Shown here piece after piece: positions 25,061-39,863 of a stretch of DNA of 64,000 nucleotides (positions are counted from its first letter, which is position 1; the number at the start of each line of letters is the position of its first letter). Made by a program: the position numbers and the translations under genes. A model generated the notes under the pieces. That model saw only the letters and a program-made list of their open reading frames with translations, ran no database searches and was not told where the DNA came from. This DNA comes from Eledone cirrhosa (Eukaryota): positions 203,112,001 to 203,176,000 of the forward strand of contig OZ024741.1 of the NCBI GenBank assembly GCA_964016885.1, in the 5' to 3' direction.

Positions 25061-25247
25061 ATGGATTGGCAGTATCGGTAGAGGGTCAGACACCATGCTT
25101 TCCAGCATAGTTACGTCCCTTTACGATCTGAGTTCAAATCCCGCCGAGGTTAGCTTTGCCTTTCATCCTTACGGGGTCGATAAAATAAAGTACCAGTAAT
25201 GCACTGGGTAATTTCTGGCCTTGTGCCTAAAGTAGAAACAATTATTT
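25061..25247 (+). mobile_element. SINE family A
   Basis: Near-consensus copy; ATTATTTTG on both flanks. Confidence 0.9.
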
Positions 25248-26999
25248 TGAAATATGTTTGAAGTTTATAGTTCCTGTCTCTTTAATTCATATAGTTATAG
25301 AATCTATGCGGATATATCCAGAGGGAGGGTGGGGGCAAGTAAAGGCGTGAGAAAAACAGATACAGAGAGATAGAGAGAGACAGGACGTTATTTGTATATA
25401 TTTGTGTTTATAGTCATGCTATTCAAATATAAACATGTAAATATACATAGAAACATTCATCCATCCATACATACATGTATGGGTTTATGTATGTATGTGT
25501 TTATGTATGTATGTGTTTATGTATGTATGTATGTATGTATGTATGTATGTATGCGTTTATATATTTATGTATGCATGTATGTATGTGTGCACGTATGAAT
25601 GTATTTATGTATGTACAAGTGTATATATATATATATGTGTGTGTGTGGTAACTGGTGTAATTGACTTTTTTTTTCCAAACCTATCCGGCATTAAACATCA
25701 GCCATTGAAACACAGCAAATTTAATTAAACAACCCCCTGTAATGTATGTCATTTCATTTCCCCTTAGTTTTAGATTATCTTCGTTATTTTTCAATTCTTC
25801 ATTCTTTTTTTCAGCTCATTATTCCTTTTCTTTTCCCTGCTTGACGTCTTTTTTCTTTATTTTTACTATATTTTACATAAAACATTGTAAATAATAATAA
25901 TAATATAAGGAACGTTGGAAGAAAATAAATTTCAATTGAAATATTTCCTTTTGCCAACTCACCTCCTAAATTCAACACCAACTATTCAGTATTGTTGTGT
26001 CGTTCATCATTTAGCCTACTTCTGTTACGTAGACATCAGTTTTTATAGACTTCGTTTATAAAATGACCCCAGTTTTCTCAAACAATGAAGTTTCGTTCTT
26101 TAACTGAAATATTTTAAGTTTATGATCAACGCGAGAAAACATGTCACCTAGATTCAATGTAACTCTCGCTGCTATGTACGTTATATCACTGAAGATTTAA
26201 TTATACTATGGCGGATATGTGAAGGTAGGTGACTTAATGGTTAAGGGTGTTTAAGGTCGTCAGTTCGATTCCTGGACTGGGTGGCACGTTGTCTTCTTGA
26301 GTAAGATTATATATTTCACGTTGATCATCAGGATTTGTAACTAACAAATAGTATCACCAATGGAAAGACCCGTGGAAACATTATTTTCATGGTCCAATCT
26401 CACGATCGGCTCTTAAAGAGCTATTTATACCCTTTATTGTTGTTAGACTCTAGAGTGTTGTTAGACCCTATAGTAGTGTTTGACCCTATAGTAATGTTTG
26501 ACCCTATAGCAAGGTGAGCACTGGAACCTGGTTGTGTTCTGTTTATGAAGTAGAGTTTCGTTCGAGATGTTGCTGGTATGTAAGTTAAAATTACGCGGGT
26601 ACCATGTAAATATAAGAAATGTGATATAGAAATTGAAATAATTATAAATATATATCTTACAATGCAAATATTGAAGGACCAAGTTACAGTGATGAAAAGT
26701 GGAATACATAATAAATGTATAGTGCAAATGTTAACGAATTAACATATAGTTTAGTTCTGGGTTGAGTGATGAGAAATGGAACGAAAATATGTATACAATG
26801 CAAATATTGACGGATTAATCTATAGGAAACTTCAGGGTTCAATGGTAAGAAGTGGAACGAAAATTTCCTCTCAAACTGAAAGTGTTAGTCTATCATGAAC
26901 AACATTTCCAGAATATTTGTTAGTTAATTCCTGCAACTATGTAAATGAGGCGAACATAATTAAGTCTTATTTTCAGAAGCATAATAATAATAATTTTTT

Positions 27000-27797
27000 T
27001 AACATTGATATGAGGTCAGCAATTTGTGGGATGAGAAAATCGATTAAATTGACGCCAGTACATAACTGGTACTTTTTGTATCAACCCTGGAAAGTTGATC
27101 TCGGCAGGATTTGAACTCAGAACAAAGAGCCAGATCAAATACTGCTAAGCATTTGTCAGACGTTTTAACGAATCTGCTAATCCACCGCCCTTAATAATAA
27201 TGTTTCTACTTTGGGAACAAAGCCAGCAATTATCCCAGTGCATTACTGGTACTTTATTTTATCGACCCCGTAAGGATGAAAAGCAGAGTTAACCCCGGTG
27301 GTATTTGAACTCAGACCGTAAAGGGACGTAACTCTATGCTGGAAAGCATGACGTCCGACGCTCTACCGGTACTGCCAATCCACCACCGCCCTTAATAATA
27401 ATTGTTTCTACTTTTGGCACAAGGCCAGCAATCACCCAGTACATTACTGGTACTTTATTTTATCGACCCCGTAAGGATGAAAGGCAAAGTTAACCTCGGC
27501 GGGATTTGAACTCAGATCGTAAAGGGACGCAACTCTATGCTGCAAAGTATGGCGTCCGACTCTCAACCGACACTGCCAATTCACCGCACCGCCCTTAATA
27601 ATAATGGTTTCTGATTTAGGCACAAAGCCAACAATTTTGAGGAAGGGGAAAGTCGATTAAATCGACCTCAGTACGTTACTCCGTAAGGATGCAAGGCAGA
27701 GCTAAACTCGGTAGGATTTGAATACAGAACGTAAAGAGCCAGAACAAATACTGCTAAGCATTTGTCTGATGTTCTAACGACTTTGCTAATTCACCAA
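27000..27797 (-). mobile_element. Tandem cluster of four SINE family A copies
   Basis: Copies at ~27000-27190, 27200-27390, 27400-27595 and 27605-27797, separated by (AAT)n tails. Confidence 0.9.
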
Positions 27798-27800
27798 CTT

Positions 27801-27859
<59 letters not shown>

Positions 27860-27860
27860 T

Positions 27861-27897
<37 letters not shown>
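27801..27897. repeat. (ACT)n microsatellite / LINE tail
   Basis: Direct reading; abuts the 3' end of the Tx1-like LINE. Confidence 0.95.
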
Positions 27898-27898
<1 letters not shown>

Positions 27899-27899
27899 A

Positions 27900-30316
27900 G
27901 TAATTGTTTCATTTATCGACCACAAGGGCCGACATATAGGGGACAATACAATAGACAAGGATAGTGGGGGTTTACACATACAACGTGTAAAAAATATAAA
28001 TAACAATAACACAATAACAAGAAAAATACAACAATAGAAATTCCCCAATAGCGGGGATAACCACACAGGGTTGTGTCAGGTACCCCACCAATCCTGAACC
28101 AACCGGCGCTTCGAGGGCACCCGGGAAGGGCACCCCTCTCCTCCTGAAATAAACCAGCCTACAGGCGCATGCTTAGAGTAGGCCCACACACAGGAGCCAT
28201 TCTCGCCACAGTCACCCACCTTTTAGCAAATGTACTGCGGGAGGAGGCGGCACACTACTCTCTCCACCCTTACCTTCCTTTCCAAGTGAAACTTAAAAAA
28301 GATTTTGAGGGATTGGCCGAAGAGAAAAGTGTCTGTCTTCAGTCCTTTCAACCTGGTCCACCACACAACCTCTTTCGCTACTGCCACCAGAAAGAGGAAA
28401 GCTGCCTCTCCTTCCTGGCCAAAAGAAGGCGGCGGGTCGATCTTCACTATGGACTCGGACGTTCTACACGCGACAACAGCTGTTCGACATAACTCCACAA
28501 GTCAATAATGTACGGACACGGGACAAGTGAGTGCAGAACGGTTTCGTCACTCTGCGAGCATCTCGGGCAGGTCTGTCTGACAGCACTTCCGTGCCTGTAG
28601 AGTTTATCTCGAACCGGCAGTGCTCCCCGGTAGCACTGCCAAGCGAGGGCTTCCTGGAAATTATCCATCGTCTCCGGCTCGAAAGTCCTCCAGAACAGAT
28701 TGGTCAGTTCGACTTCGTCGGTGCCCAGAGCCTCTCCGAGTGCATCATCGCACTTGTCCACCATTAATCCTCTTTAGAACTCTTGAGTGGAAGTTCCACT
28801 CACCGCATTGCCTGCCCGGTAGAGGGCACTGAGTGCCTGGCAACATTCCATATGCCAGGCACCCAGTCTCGGACTCTTTTTGACTCAGGACTTCATCTCA
28901 TTCAAAGAGACGAGTTGCGGAAAGGCACGTCTGACAAACGGTGACCACACCAGTACCTCGTTTAGGCAGAATATCTGGAGATGCCGCAGCCTCAGCGCAT
29001 GTTTGCGCATCATTAGTCACGGCATGACCAGCCCTTCACGTAGAGGATGCTGGCAGCAGATGCACCGCGGGCGTGATGTACGTATTCACCACCTCCGTTC
29101 GACCTATCAGGGAAAGCTTCCTCTCGGCCCATCTCTGAGTGAGAATGCCCCCCTCCCCCTACCTTCTCGTTATCTCCCACTTGTTCTTATCTACCATCTT
29201 CCCAAACCTGACGGCGAACAACTTCACAGCTCCGTCCGCATATGCCGACGTAGCCCTTCCTTGTCGCGGATCGAGCGGGATGCCTTGCAACAGCCCCAGC
29301 ATCCGCAATAATGGCTCGAGAGATATTCTTGAGGCTTTTGCATCCCCCACACATTCCCAATGTGCGCCCAAGATGCCGTTCCAGTCTCCCGCTTACAGTA
29401 ATGAGGCAGACATTCATAGAAAGGCATCCAGACACCTGAAGAAATCCAGCCGTCCAGACCCGGTCGGCGCGTAGACGGCTACCAGTCTAAAGCACCCCGT
29501 TCGCTATTGCTCACGTCCAGGACCACCAACTTCCCGTACGGTTTCAGGAAGATCGTCCGTAGCTCGAGATTCAGGCCTTTCTTAAATAGCACTTCCACCC
29601 CACTTCCCATTTCAGCCGACTAAGAGATGCAAATATCTGATAGTCGTCAAAAATGGGGGCTAGTGCACGCGTGTCGGAAATCCTGGTCTCGCTAACGGCA
29701 GTTACATCCATATTAATGATCTGAGGTCGTTCAGCAAGCGACCTTGCTTCCAGGATGGGCCATGAACATATACAAATTCTGCTCTTATATTAGCCATGCT
29801 GGTTGGTTAGTCAAGAAAAAAGGAAGTGGGGCTACTTACCCTCCTGGAATTGTTGGCGATCGGGTGGTTCGATCTCAATATTTGGTGGAATTTCTTTTGG
29901 GAACCCCTTTAAAAGTCTACTCATCTTTCTCAATCTCTTTACACCGTGCTAAGAGGGTCGTCAGTTCTTCGTTGGCCCTTCTTTCTAACACAAGGTTTTC
30001 TGTATGTGGTATTATTAGCTGTTGATTTTGTGTGTTCGTGGCTTTTCTTTTCGTTGTGGCTGGTTGTGGTTGTGGTAGGGTTGATGGTGGTTGTATTGCC
30101 AGTTGGTGTGTTGTTGCAGATGTATTGTGTTTGCTGTGGGTGTGAGTTTTGTTTTCTGGAGTGGGTGTTGGTGTCTGGCAGGGAGTGGTGTTGTCTGACA
30201 TTTTTGTGTGTGTCTTTTTATTAGTTCTTTGGCTTGGTATGTTTCCTCTTCTCCTTCACTGGGAGAAGAGGAGGTGCATGTCTCTGATAATGGTGGGGAT
30301 GCAATATGTTTGTGGT

Positions 30317-30368
<52 letters not shown>

Positions 30369-31950
30369 CGCGTATGTTTAGAGCGAGTGGAGAGAGAGAG
30401 AGAGAGAGAGAGAGGGAGATGAAGAAGGAGAGGGAGAAGGAGAGGGAGATGGAGCAGGAGAATGAGGGGAGGGAGAGGGAGAGCTTTCTTTACTGAGCCC
30501 CTGGCTGGTTTTGATGGAGTTTGTTGTTGTTTTGGCTGTGGTGGTTCCGTTGCTGCTGTAGGTGATGTTGTTGCTCTTGGTGCTGTCGTTACTGCTGCTG
30601 TTCGTGTTGTTGGGCTGCAGCTGCTGTTGTTGTTCGCTGCTCTTGTTGTTGGGGCTGCTGAGGCCCTGATGTTGGCAGCAAAGGAAGCCTATGGTCCCTT
30701 GCTATGTGTTAAAGGCAGAGAGCTCTCAAGTGGCCCGTCTGCCCAGAAAAATATCCACGAGGTGAGGTTCTTTTCCACCCGGCAAATCCGATCTTTTAGA
30801 ATTTTTTCTGGTTTGATGTGGAGGAGTACACCCACACTGACCCGAGACCAGTTTTCTTTTTTGTCCTCTTCACCTCGAGTAGGGTGTCGCTCCACTCGAT
30901 GACCACACAGGCCAGGATTCTGGCGTGATTCCTACAGTACTCACATATACGGTCCTTCTTTCAAGGTACGCCGGATAGAGTATCGATTTTTCTGTCCGGA
31001 AGGGGATCAGAGAATTGTACGGCCAAAGTTTGAAGAGCACCGAAATTGTACCAAATTGCTTGGCTCTAGCAATGTGCTGGATGTCCGGCAATATGGTTTT
31101 TAGTGCTCTTACAGCTCCATGAGAGGTTACTGGCCCTGGTCGTTTGGATTGAACTGAAATACATTTGTACGTTAGATTCTTTTTGGCAGTTGTTGCCAAC
31201 ACCTCGGGCGGGACACCTATGTCGGCCCTAGTTTTGTCCAATTTGCCAAGTTCGGTGGCTTGTGTCAAACAGCTGTCCTAGTTCAAAATGTCCAAATTGA
31301 AGGTTTGGGTGGCTTTAGCAACCAATCCTGCGAAAGCTTTGATTGTGTCATTGTTGTGTTGATGCCATTTGTGTTGTTGTTGTCTGTGTTACTGTTATTT
31401 TTGTTGTTTCCTGCTGTTATATTGTTGTAGCAGTGGTGTGGTGGTGATTGTAGCGCTGGGGTTGGTTTTGGTGGTGGAGGGGGCAGTGTTCTTGCTACTA
31501 TTGTTGTTGCTTTTTGTCATTATTATTTTTTTGTTCTTCTTGCGATGGTGACGGTGGTGTTAACATTTCTAGCAGCAGGAAATACGTTTCATAGTTTTGT
31601 CGAGTTGTGTTGTTATTGTTGCTGCTGTTGTTGCTACTACTGTTGCAGCTGCTGCTGTTGTTACTGACTTTTATAATTTTGTCATTCCATCCTGCAGATG
31701 GCCGACTCTTCCTTTCCGCAGATGTACACTCTTCGTCAGCCAACTTTCTTTTTTAAAAACAAAAATTGAAGGGCGTGTTTGATAAACAAACCCCGGTTTA
31801 GCCCCTAAGAGCTGCCGGTTGAGACAAAGTACTGGCCCTTGTAGATACTGGTTAGTTTAACTACAAAACAGTCACAAAAGTCCAATACGATAGGTTGAAT
31901 AAACTTTGAAAATAGAACAAACTTACATAGCGATTTATAACGTTGCGTCG
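27900..31950 (-). mobile_element. Tx1/L1-clade LINE, internally deleted (ORF1, APE endonuclease, RT remnant, zf-RVT, C-terminus)
   Basis: Endonuclease AVSETR, RLVAVYAP and AGDWNGIL (~29370-29790). SAYADG remnant. zf-RVT LAWQCYRGALPVRDKL...CPRC...ETVLHSLVPC (28447-28764). C-terminus AKEVVWWTR. Low-complexity ORF1 pieces at 29900-31740. Confidence 0.88.
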
Positions 31951-31974
31951 AAACACAAAGCAATAATAATAATA

Positions 31975-32205
31975 ATGATTGTTTCTAATTTAAGCACATG
32001 GCCAGTAATTCGGGGAAGGAGAAAGTCGATTATATGGGGCCCGGTAATTGATTGGTACTTTATTTTATCGACGAATAATAATAATAATTGTTTCTACTTT
32101 TGGCACAAGGCCAGCAATTACACAGTGCATTACTGGTACTTTATTTTATCGACCCCGTAAGGATGAAAGGCAAAGTTAACCTCGGCGGGATTTGAACTCA
32201 GAATG
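31975..32205 (-). mobile_element. Two partial SINE family A copies
   Basis: 3' halves of the consensus with (AAT)n tails. Confidence 0.8.
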
Positions 32206-32994
32206 GCAAGGAATGATAATAATAATGAACACAATAGGCCTGACCTGGTGGTTTACAATTTAGCAGTAGTAATGACATCACCAACCACAGTAAATCTTAA
32301 CGTCTTGTACAACATGAAACCACAATAGCAAGACATTCGTGAATAGCACTAAACTATGTCACATTAATAATTTAAGTCTTTAATGCTACACATTTCTGTA
32401 TCGATCTGTCCAGTTGAATTATCAAGCCCGATTTTAGTTTCTATTAAGTCAAAGGTTATAAAAGTTAATTAACAACCTCGTATACGCAGCATTTAGATAA
32501 GAATAATTGCATCGCATTAATATCTTTACTCTAAAATTTCAAATTATCACAAGGGCCCGTCTAGCAGTAAAGAAACGACAAACATTTAAATTACCAAACC
32601 CGTTTTTAAACATTTTCTTCTAAATCATTACATGATCTCAGAAGTTAAAAATTATGCCATTAACAAAACTACTGTGTGGGTAGTTAAAAAAATACCCTGA
32701 CCGAACGCAAAGAATATGATTCAAGAAAGTTATGGTTGCAAAAAAATAAAATTTGAACATCTGATGCTATTGGCAGTGAGGTAGACAACCTGAGATTGGG
32801 TGATGTGCAGAGGAACTGGGTGGCACTCTAGCGCTATTGGCAGTAGAGTTGATGATATGAGATTGGGCACTTGTGCTTGTGGCAGTGGAGTTGATGTTGT
32901 AAAATTGAGCAGTGGGTAGAGACACAGGCTGGCACTAAAAAATGAATTATGAATATATGTTATAAAAATACGCTAGCTGACAGCGTGCTTTTTA

Positions 32995-33149
32995 AGAGTG
33001 TATATGTGTGTATACGCACACATAAACACACACACACATATATATATACATACATACATAAACACACACACACATATATATACACACACACACACATATA
33101 TATATATACATACATAAACACACACACACATATATAAACACACACACAC

Positions 33150-33227
<78 letters not shown>

Positions 33228-33282
33228 TTATATGTTGAAGATGTACATGTAAATATATATATATGTGGGGGAGGGCTGTAAA

Positions 33283-33347
<65 letters not shown>

Positions 33348-33400
33348 CATATATATATGTACGTGTGCATGTATGTATGTAAGTAGGTAGGAAGGTAATA
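32995..33400. repeat. Compound (CA)n/(TA)n microsatellite block
   Basis: Direct reading. Confidence 0.9.
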
Positions 33401-33621
33401 TGTGTGTATGGAAAATGGAAAATGTATATGTATGTGCATGGGGATATGTAGGGTAAATGTATGTGTGTGAGGGACTGTTGAAGATGTAAAACTAGTGCAT
33501 ATATTTAATTATGTGTATATATATCCACCTGCTACACTGTGTCAAAACAAGTTTTTACTTTTTATTTTTAAATTTTTGGTGCCATAATTTATTCGTTGTC
33601 GCTGGGTACCATACATACACA

Positions 33622-33680
<59 letters not shown>

Positions 33681-34130
33681 CTTATCTTTATATGTGTATA
33701 TATACATATGTATGTATACATATATATACATGTATATGTATGTATACATATGCACACACATACACACACACACACATACATATATATATACATATAATAC
33801 ACTGATATTTACACAGTTAAAAACGCGCACACAATGCATAGATTCAGCATATATTTATTAACATATGCACACATATGCAGATAAATATTTATACACTCGT
33901 ATGATCAAACATCTTCCTCCCACACAGATGCGAATACTTTTGTTTCATCACACAATTTCTAGTGTTATGCAAATATTTTCTATTATTCTTTGGCTGGTTG
34001 CAGTCATGTAAATTGCAGGCATGCTAAGGCACCGCCTTACTTAGGTTTATTATATTGATCCTAGTATATATTTTTCTAATCTGGGTACTTACTTTTGTTG
34101 AACTGCTTAGTTGCGGGATAGTGACAAGAA

Positions 34131-34221
<91 letters not shown>

Positions 34222-34230
34222 TCATATCTG

Positions 34231-34631
34231 CAGACCTGTCAACTCTCCCCCGTCCGACTGGGAGATCTCCCACCCACCCCAAAATGGGTGGGAGGTGTCT
34301 TCTCTTGTTTAAATGGGTATAGCTTTCATTATGTAAAATCTCACCAGGGCGGTGGATTGGCAGTATCGCTAGAGAGTCGGACACCATGCTTTGCAGTACA
34401 GAGTTACGGCCCTTTACAGTCTGATTTTAAATCGCACCGGGGTTAACTTTGCCTTTCATCCTTACAGGGCCGATAAAATAAAGTACCAGTAATGCACTGG
34501 GTCGATTTAATCGTCTTTCCCCACCCCCAAATTACTAGAAATCATTATGTAAAATTTCCTCATTTTACCTCATTTGGGGTACGTTTTTTCACGGTACTGC
34601 CCATTTGGGTTTTTAAGGGTTGGCAGGTCTG
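34231..34631 (+). mobile_element. MITE with nested SINE family A (~34346-34540)
   Basis: TIRs CAGACCTGTCAAC / GTTGGCAGGTCTG. The SINE is bracketed by a duplicated TCATTATGTAAAAT. Confidence 0.85.
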
Positions 34632-34904
34632 CATATATATATATGTATGTATACACGACGGGCATTTACAGTTTAATTCTACCAAATTCCACTCACAAGG
34701 TGTTCTTGACCAATCCGAGGTTATAACGACCAAAGTGTTGCACAGCCTGACTGAACCCAGTATCACGCAGTTGCGAAGCAAACTCCTGAACCGTATAGCC
34801 ATACAAACATTAGGTAATTAAATGATATATGCACAGCAACAAAAACAATACCCATTCAAGTACACGTGTACACACACATATCTAAGTCTAAAGTCTGTCT
34901 TCTG

Positions 34905-35150
34905 ATTTAGCCCCTGTTTATCCCGGTTTCATAGCGTGAAGCGACTGAGAGTACAAGACTTCCCACTGGACAGGACGCTAGTCCATCGAAGGGTTAAATC
35001 CCCAGCTATTGCTGGTACTCATTTTCAGCTGAGTATACTGGAGCAACGTGAAATGAAGTGTTTTGCTCAAGAACACAACACGCAACTCAGGAATCGAACC
35101 CACGACATTATGATCATAAGTCCAACACTCTTACCACTAGGCATCATGCT
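34905..35150 (-). mobile_element. tRNA-derived SINE (distinct subfamily)
   Basis: On the - strand: CTAGTGGTAAGAGTGTTGG...GGGTTCGATTCC...TTCTTGAGCAAAACACTT. Confidence 0.75.
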
Positions 35151-35160
35151 TCCACACCAC

Positions 35161-35682
35161 ATACACACACACACATGTGCACACATACATATATATATAT
35201 ACACATCTGCACACACACACATGTGCACACATACATATATATATATATACACACATCTGCACACACACACATGTACACACATACATATATATATATATAC
35301 GCATCTGCACACACACACATGTACACACATACATATATATATATACGCATGTGCACACACACACACATGTACACACATACATATATATATATATACATCT
35401 GCACACACACACATGTACACACATACATATATATATATACACATCTGCACACACACACACACATGTACACACATATATATATATACACATCTGCACACAC
35501 ACACATGTACACACATACATATATATATATACGCATGTGCACACACACACATGTACACACATACATATATATATATACACATCTGTACACACACACACAT
35601 GTACACACATACATATATATATATACGCATGTGCACACACAAAGTACACACACTCATACATGCATATGTACACACATATACG
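35161..35682. repeat. ~40-bp minisatellite built from CA/TA dinucleotides
   Basis: About 12 variable units of CACACACACATGTACACACATACATATATATATATACACATCTG. Confidence 0.9.
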
Positions 35683-36558
35683 CGGATGACATCGTGCTGA
35701 TGGGCCCTAACGGGACAGATGCACAAGGTGCTCTCGAAGGGGTGCACACTGCAGCCGCCGCTGTTGGTCTACCAATCAATGCCGCCAAGTAGAAAGTCAT
35801 GACGTCACTGGTCTCGTCTGATGCCTGGCAGCCAATATCTCTCGTGGTCGTGGACCTGGAGGATGTGGAGTCCTTCGTTTACCTGGGCTCAACAGTGGTC
35901 TCAACGGGACAGGGCGCAGCCGAGATCAAGCGTCGCATAGGTGCTGCCAGATCCGCTTTTGGGCGCCTCCAGCGGTGTCTGTGGGACAGAAGAGAGATTA
36001 CCTCGGCGACCAAATGGCGAATCTACCAGGCCGTCGTTTGCACTATCCTCCTCTATGGCTGTGAAACATGAGGGTAGTCTATGAGGGTAGTCGATCAACA
36101 AGGGCTGGAGGTCTTCGACAATGACTGTCTCCGCCGCATTTTTCGCTTCCGACGCGTTGATTGGGTACATACCGCCAGTCTTCGTCTTCGCCTGAATCTT
36201 AGACCCCTTCCTTCAGTGTTTCTGCAACGGCGCTTGAGATGGTTTGGTCACGCAGCCCGGTGCCCTGAGGGTGAGCTGTACGCGATGTTCTCCTCCCACC
36301 TACACTCCCTAACTGACGCAAGTGCGTTGGCGGGCAGCTGATGACTGGGCAACGACGATCAAGGAGGACCTCTCCGAACTCTCAGGTCCCGCAGGTGGTC
36401 GACCTGCGCCGATGGAACCGTGCCTGGCTCGCTATCTCCAGTGACCTAGCTCGGGACCGTCGTGTGTGGGCTGCCATGGTTCGGGATGCCGTCAGGACAA
36501 GGGAAGAAGCCGGCTCAACCCGTCCAGGGTGAATGTCGACACAAGTACAAGTAAGTAG
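35683..36558 (+). mobile_element. 5'-truncated RTE-clade LINE
   Basis: YADDIVL, VESFVYLGS, EIKRRIGAARSAF, ILLYGCET and RRLRWFGHAAR, ending in a (CAAGTA)-type tail. Confidence 0.93.
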
Positions 36559-36689
36559 TACACATATACATACACATGTACACACACATATACATACACA
36601 TGTACACATTTACATACACACACAAGTACACACACACAGCAGACACAGACACAGACACAGCAGACACAAACAAGCACTCATACGCACAG

Positions 36690-36753
<64 letters not shown>

Positions 36754-36915
36754 ATATGTAGCAAGGTTGTATTTAAGTAAAGTCTTATTGCTTTGTGAAC
36801 CTGCTTTCAGAAACCACAAGTTTTCCCATTTATTTTGCTTTCAAGGTCTGTCGCTTCCTAAAGCCACGCTTCTCTGCTTCCCTAACCTTCGCTCTCTTTC
36901 TTTTCTTTATTTCCT

Positions 36916-36974
<59 letters not shown>

Positions 36975-37290
36975 CTGACTATCTATCTCTGTGTGTCTCT
37001 TTCTCCTTTCTATATACTTCTTCGTTTCTAACTTTCCCACACTCTTTCCCTCCTCATCCCATCTATATATATTTATCCCTCTCTCTTTCCCACATCTATA
37101 TAGTCCCCCTCTCTCTTTCCCCCAGCTAATCTATATTTCTCTCTCTTTCCTCCAGCTCATCTATGCTTCTCTCTCCTACAGCCACCTGATCTATCTATCT
37201 ATTCATCCATCTCTCTTTCTCTATTTCTCTCAGTTTATCTATATATCTATCTCCCCTCTCTTATTCTTTCTCCTATCTCTTCCCCATCTC

Positions 37291-37392
<102 letters not shown>

Positions 37393-38590
37393 CACACACG
37401 CACACACACATATACACATATATATATACATATATATATGTGTGGTCGTTTTGATATATATATATATAGCAGTCTCTTGTTCTTTTATGTTTGCTTGTTT
37501 GTTTGTCTATATTCTCTCTGTATCACAAAATGTCTCATATGTTTCATCATTAAATAATATTTTGAATCGCGTTTTACGGCAAACAATATATAGGCAAACA
37601 TACAATTACTTTTTAACATACTCTAAAACATCTCTAGCAACATTTTGTAAAGTCTTCACTTCTCCCAATTCCTGTATTTTATGAATGAAAATCTTATAGC
37701 GGGAATGTATTTTCGTGTTAATGTGGCCTCTTTGACAATCTTCAGCCCAATGTGATTTTTTTTTATTCGTCTGCTGCATAAAAATATCTTCGTTTGACAC
37801 ATCTTTTGTCTCCACTCACAGACAACACCAGAACCATTGCTCTGTTAACCCTTTCCATATTCCACAGCTATCACCATGTTTCATCATACTCGATCTTTTT
37901 GTTATTGCTGTTGTTGTTGTTGTTTTTAATTGCCGCTGATGTTGTTACTCTTGCTTCTGCTATTTCTGTTGTTGTTTCGAATATCTATTTCAAGATGTCA
38001 TTATGCTAGCTTCGTCTCATAAATCGCAAGAAGCCAACCGAATTTGATGCCATGCAACTGAAGTAAGAGGTGGGGGTAAGGTGGGGGTGGGGGGGATAAG
38101 GTGGGTAGTTGTGGTGGTGGTGGTGGGGGGGGGGGACACATGATGTATCAGGTTCAAAGAATATCATGGAGCATTGCCAATGTTAAATTCTAAATATGTA
38201 AACACAGACATGCATATACATGTAGCCACATGTATATACGTGCTGTTGAACCTCCGTCGTCTCCGACGACAAGTGTTTTAGTTGTTCGACCAACGGAACA
38301 CCTTGCACGTGAAATCTACGTGCAGGTTTCATAGTTACGGAGCATTCCACAGACCCATGTACCCTTAATGTATTTCTCAGGGAGATTCAGTAGGTCAAAG
38401 TGTATGACAATGTTGACTATTTGATTTAGAGGTAAACTACTTTTTTCCACCTGAGTGCACTAAAGCACTGTTAAATAAAGTGTCCTGCTCAAATGTACAA
38501 CGCACCATCGAGTATCGACCTCGCGACCTCACAATTGTTGGCTGAACAGTATTTAATCAGTAAAACACGCCCATTCACAATACATGCTCT

Positions 38591-38657
<67 letters not shown>

Positions 38658-39576
38658 CTCTTCCTTTCTCTCACTCTCTCACACATGTACACATATATGC
38701 ATCGGATTTACCTTCTTGTAATCGTCACTCTTTGATAATCAAGTGCAATTGTTGAAATAATGACGCAAAATGGGGTTTCTTCTTACATAAAAAGTAAAGA
38801 AATGTCTTAGGTGCAAGGATTATCATAGAAAAATAAAGATTGAACCAAGCAAACCATATTTCTATTTGTTGTCCCATTGTTGCAACTATCTGCTGGTTGT
38901 AACTCCTGTCGAAGAAAAAAATAAACAAAAAACAATCGTCAGATTGTTACAAGGAAAGTACGTTTCTGTTGCTGTTACTATCTGCTGTTTTAACATACTT
39001 TAAAGAAAAGGTATCAGTCGTCAGATTGGACCAAGGGGACAATGTTTCCAATGGTCTTTCCGTAGCTGATACTATCTGCCGGATGCAACTCCAAGCAGAC
39101 TGAAGAGGGATTTGAATGCACAGTATCTAATCAGATATCGACTTATTAGCAATTCTATCAACACACCATCTCTGTACTGATGCTTTTTATATCGACCCCG
39201 AAAGGATGAAAGACAGTGGTAACCTGGGCGGGATTCGTACTCAAATTACAGAGAATCGGAACAAATATCGAGATATTTTTAATCCGATGGTCTAACGATT
39301 TCGTCAATATGTCGCCTATTGTAGAAAACGCATCATTGAGCAAGACACTTTATTTCACGTTGCTCCAGTTTACTCAGCTGTAGAAATGTGTTGCGACGTC
39401 ACTGATGCCAACCTGTATCACCCATGACCATTCCCTTTGTCAATATTGGTGCGTGAAGAGGGGAGACTGGTGTGCATGGGTGACTGCTGGTTTTCCAAAA
39501 ACAACCTTAACCGAACTTGTGCCTCGGAGGGGAACTTTCTAGGTATAGAAATATATATATATGATATAATATAATA

Positions 39577-39609
<33 letters not shown>

Positions 39610-39796
39610 TTCCCCCATTGCCTTTTGATGGATAAAAGGCCATGGGCGCGCTACGGATCGATGTTCTGTTTTAAGCGCCGACACATCCAAGATTCGTAGT
39701 AAACAGCTGACGAAGGGAAATTTTTCTTCTCTTGTTTGTGTCCCGATTACCTTCTAACACTTCGTTTTCAGTAACCACACAGCCTCGCCTCCTAAC

Positions 39797-39800
<4 letters not shown>
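39610..39800 (+). mobile_element. Short non-coding insertion in (TA)n with degenerate hammerhead
   Basis: CTGACGA-AGGGA...TCCC-GATTA; homologous to ~45132-45192. Confidence 0.5.

Positions 39801-39863
<63 letters not shown>

Noticed and set aside
34936-35792. His/Cys-rich metal-binding protein ORFs
   Set aside because: All six frames are open across a CA/TA minisatellite. Only the YADD part from 35683 is real (RTE).
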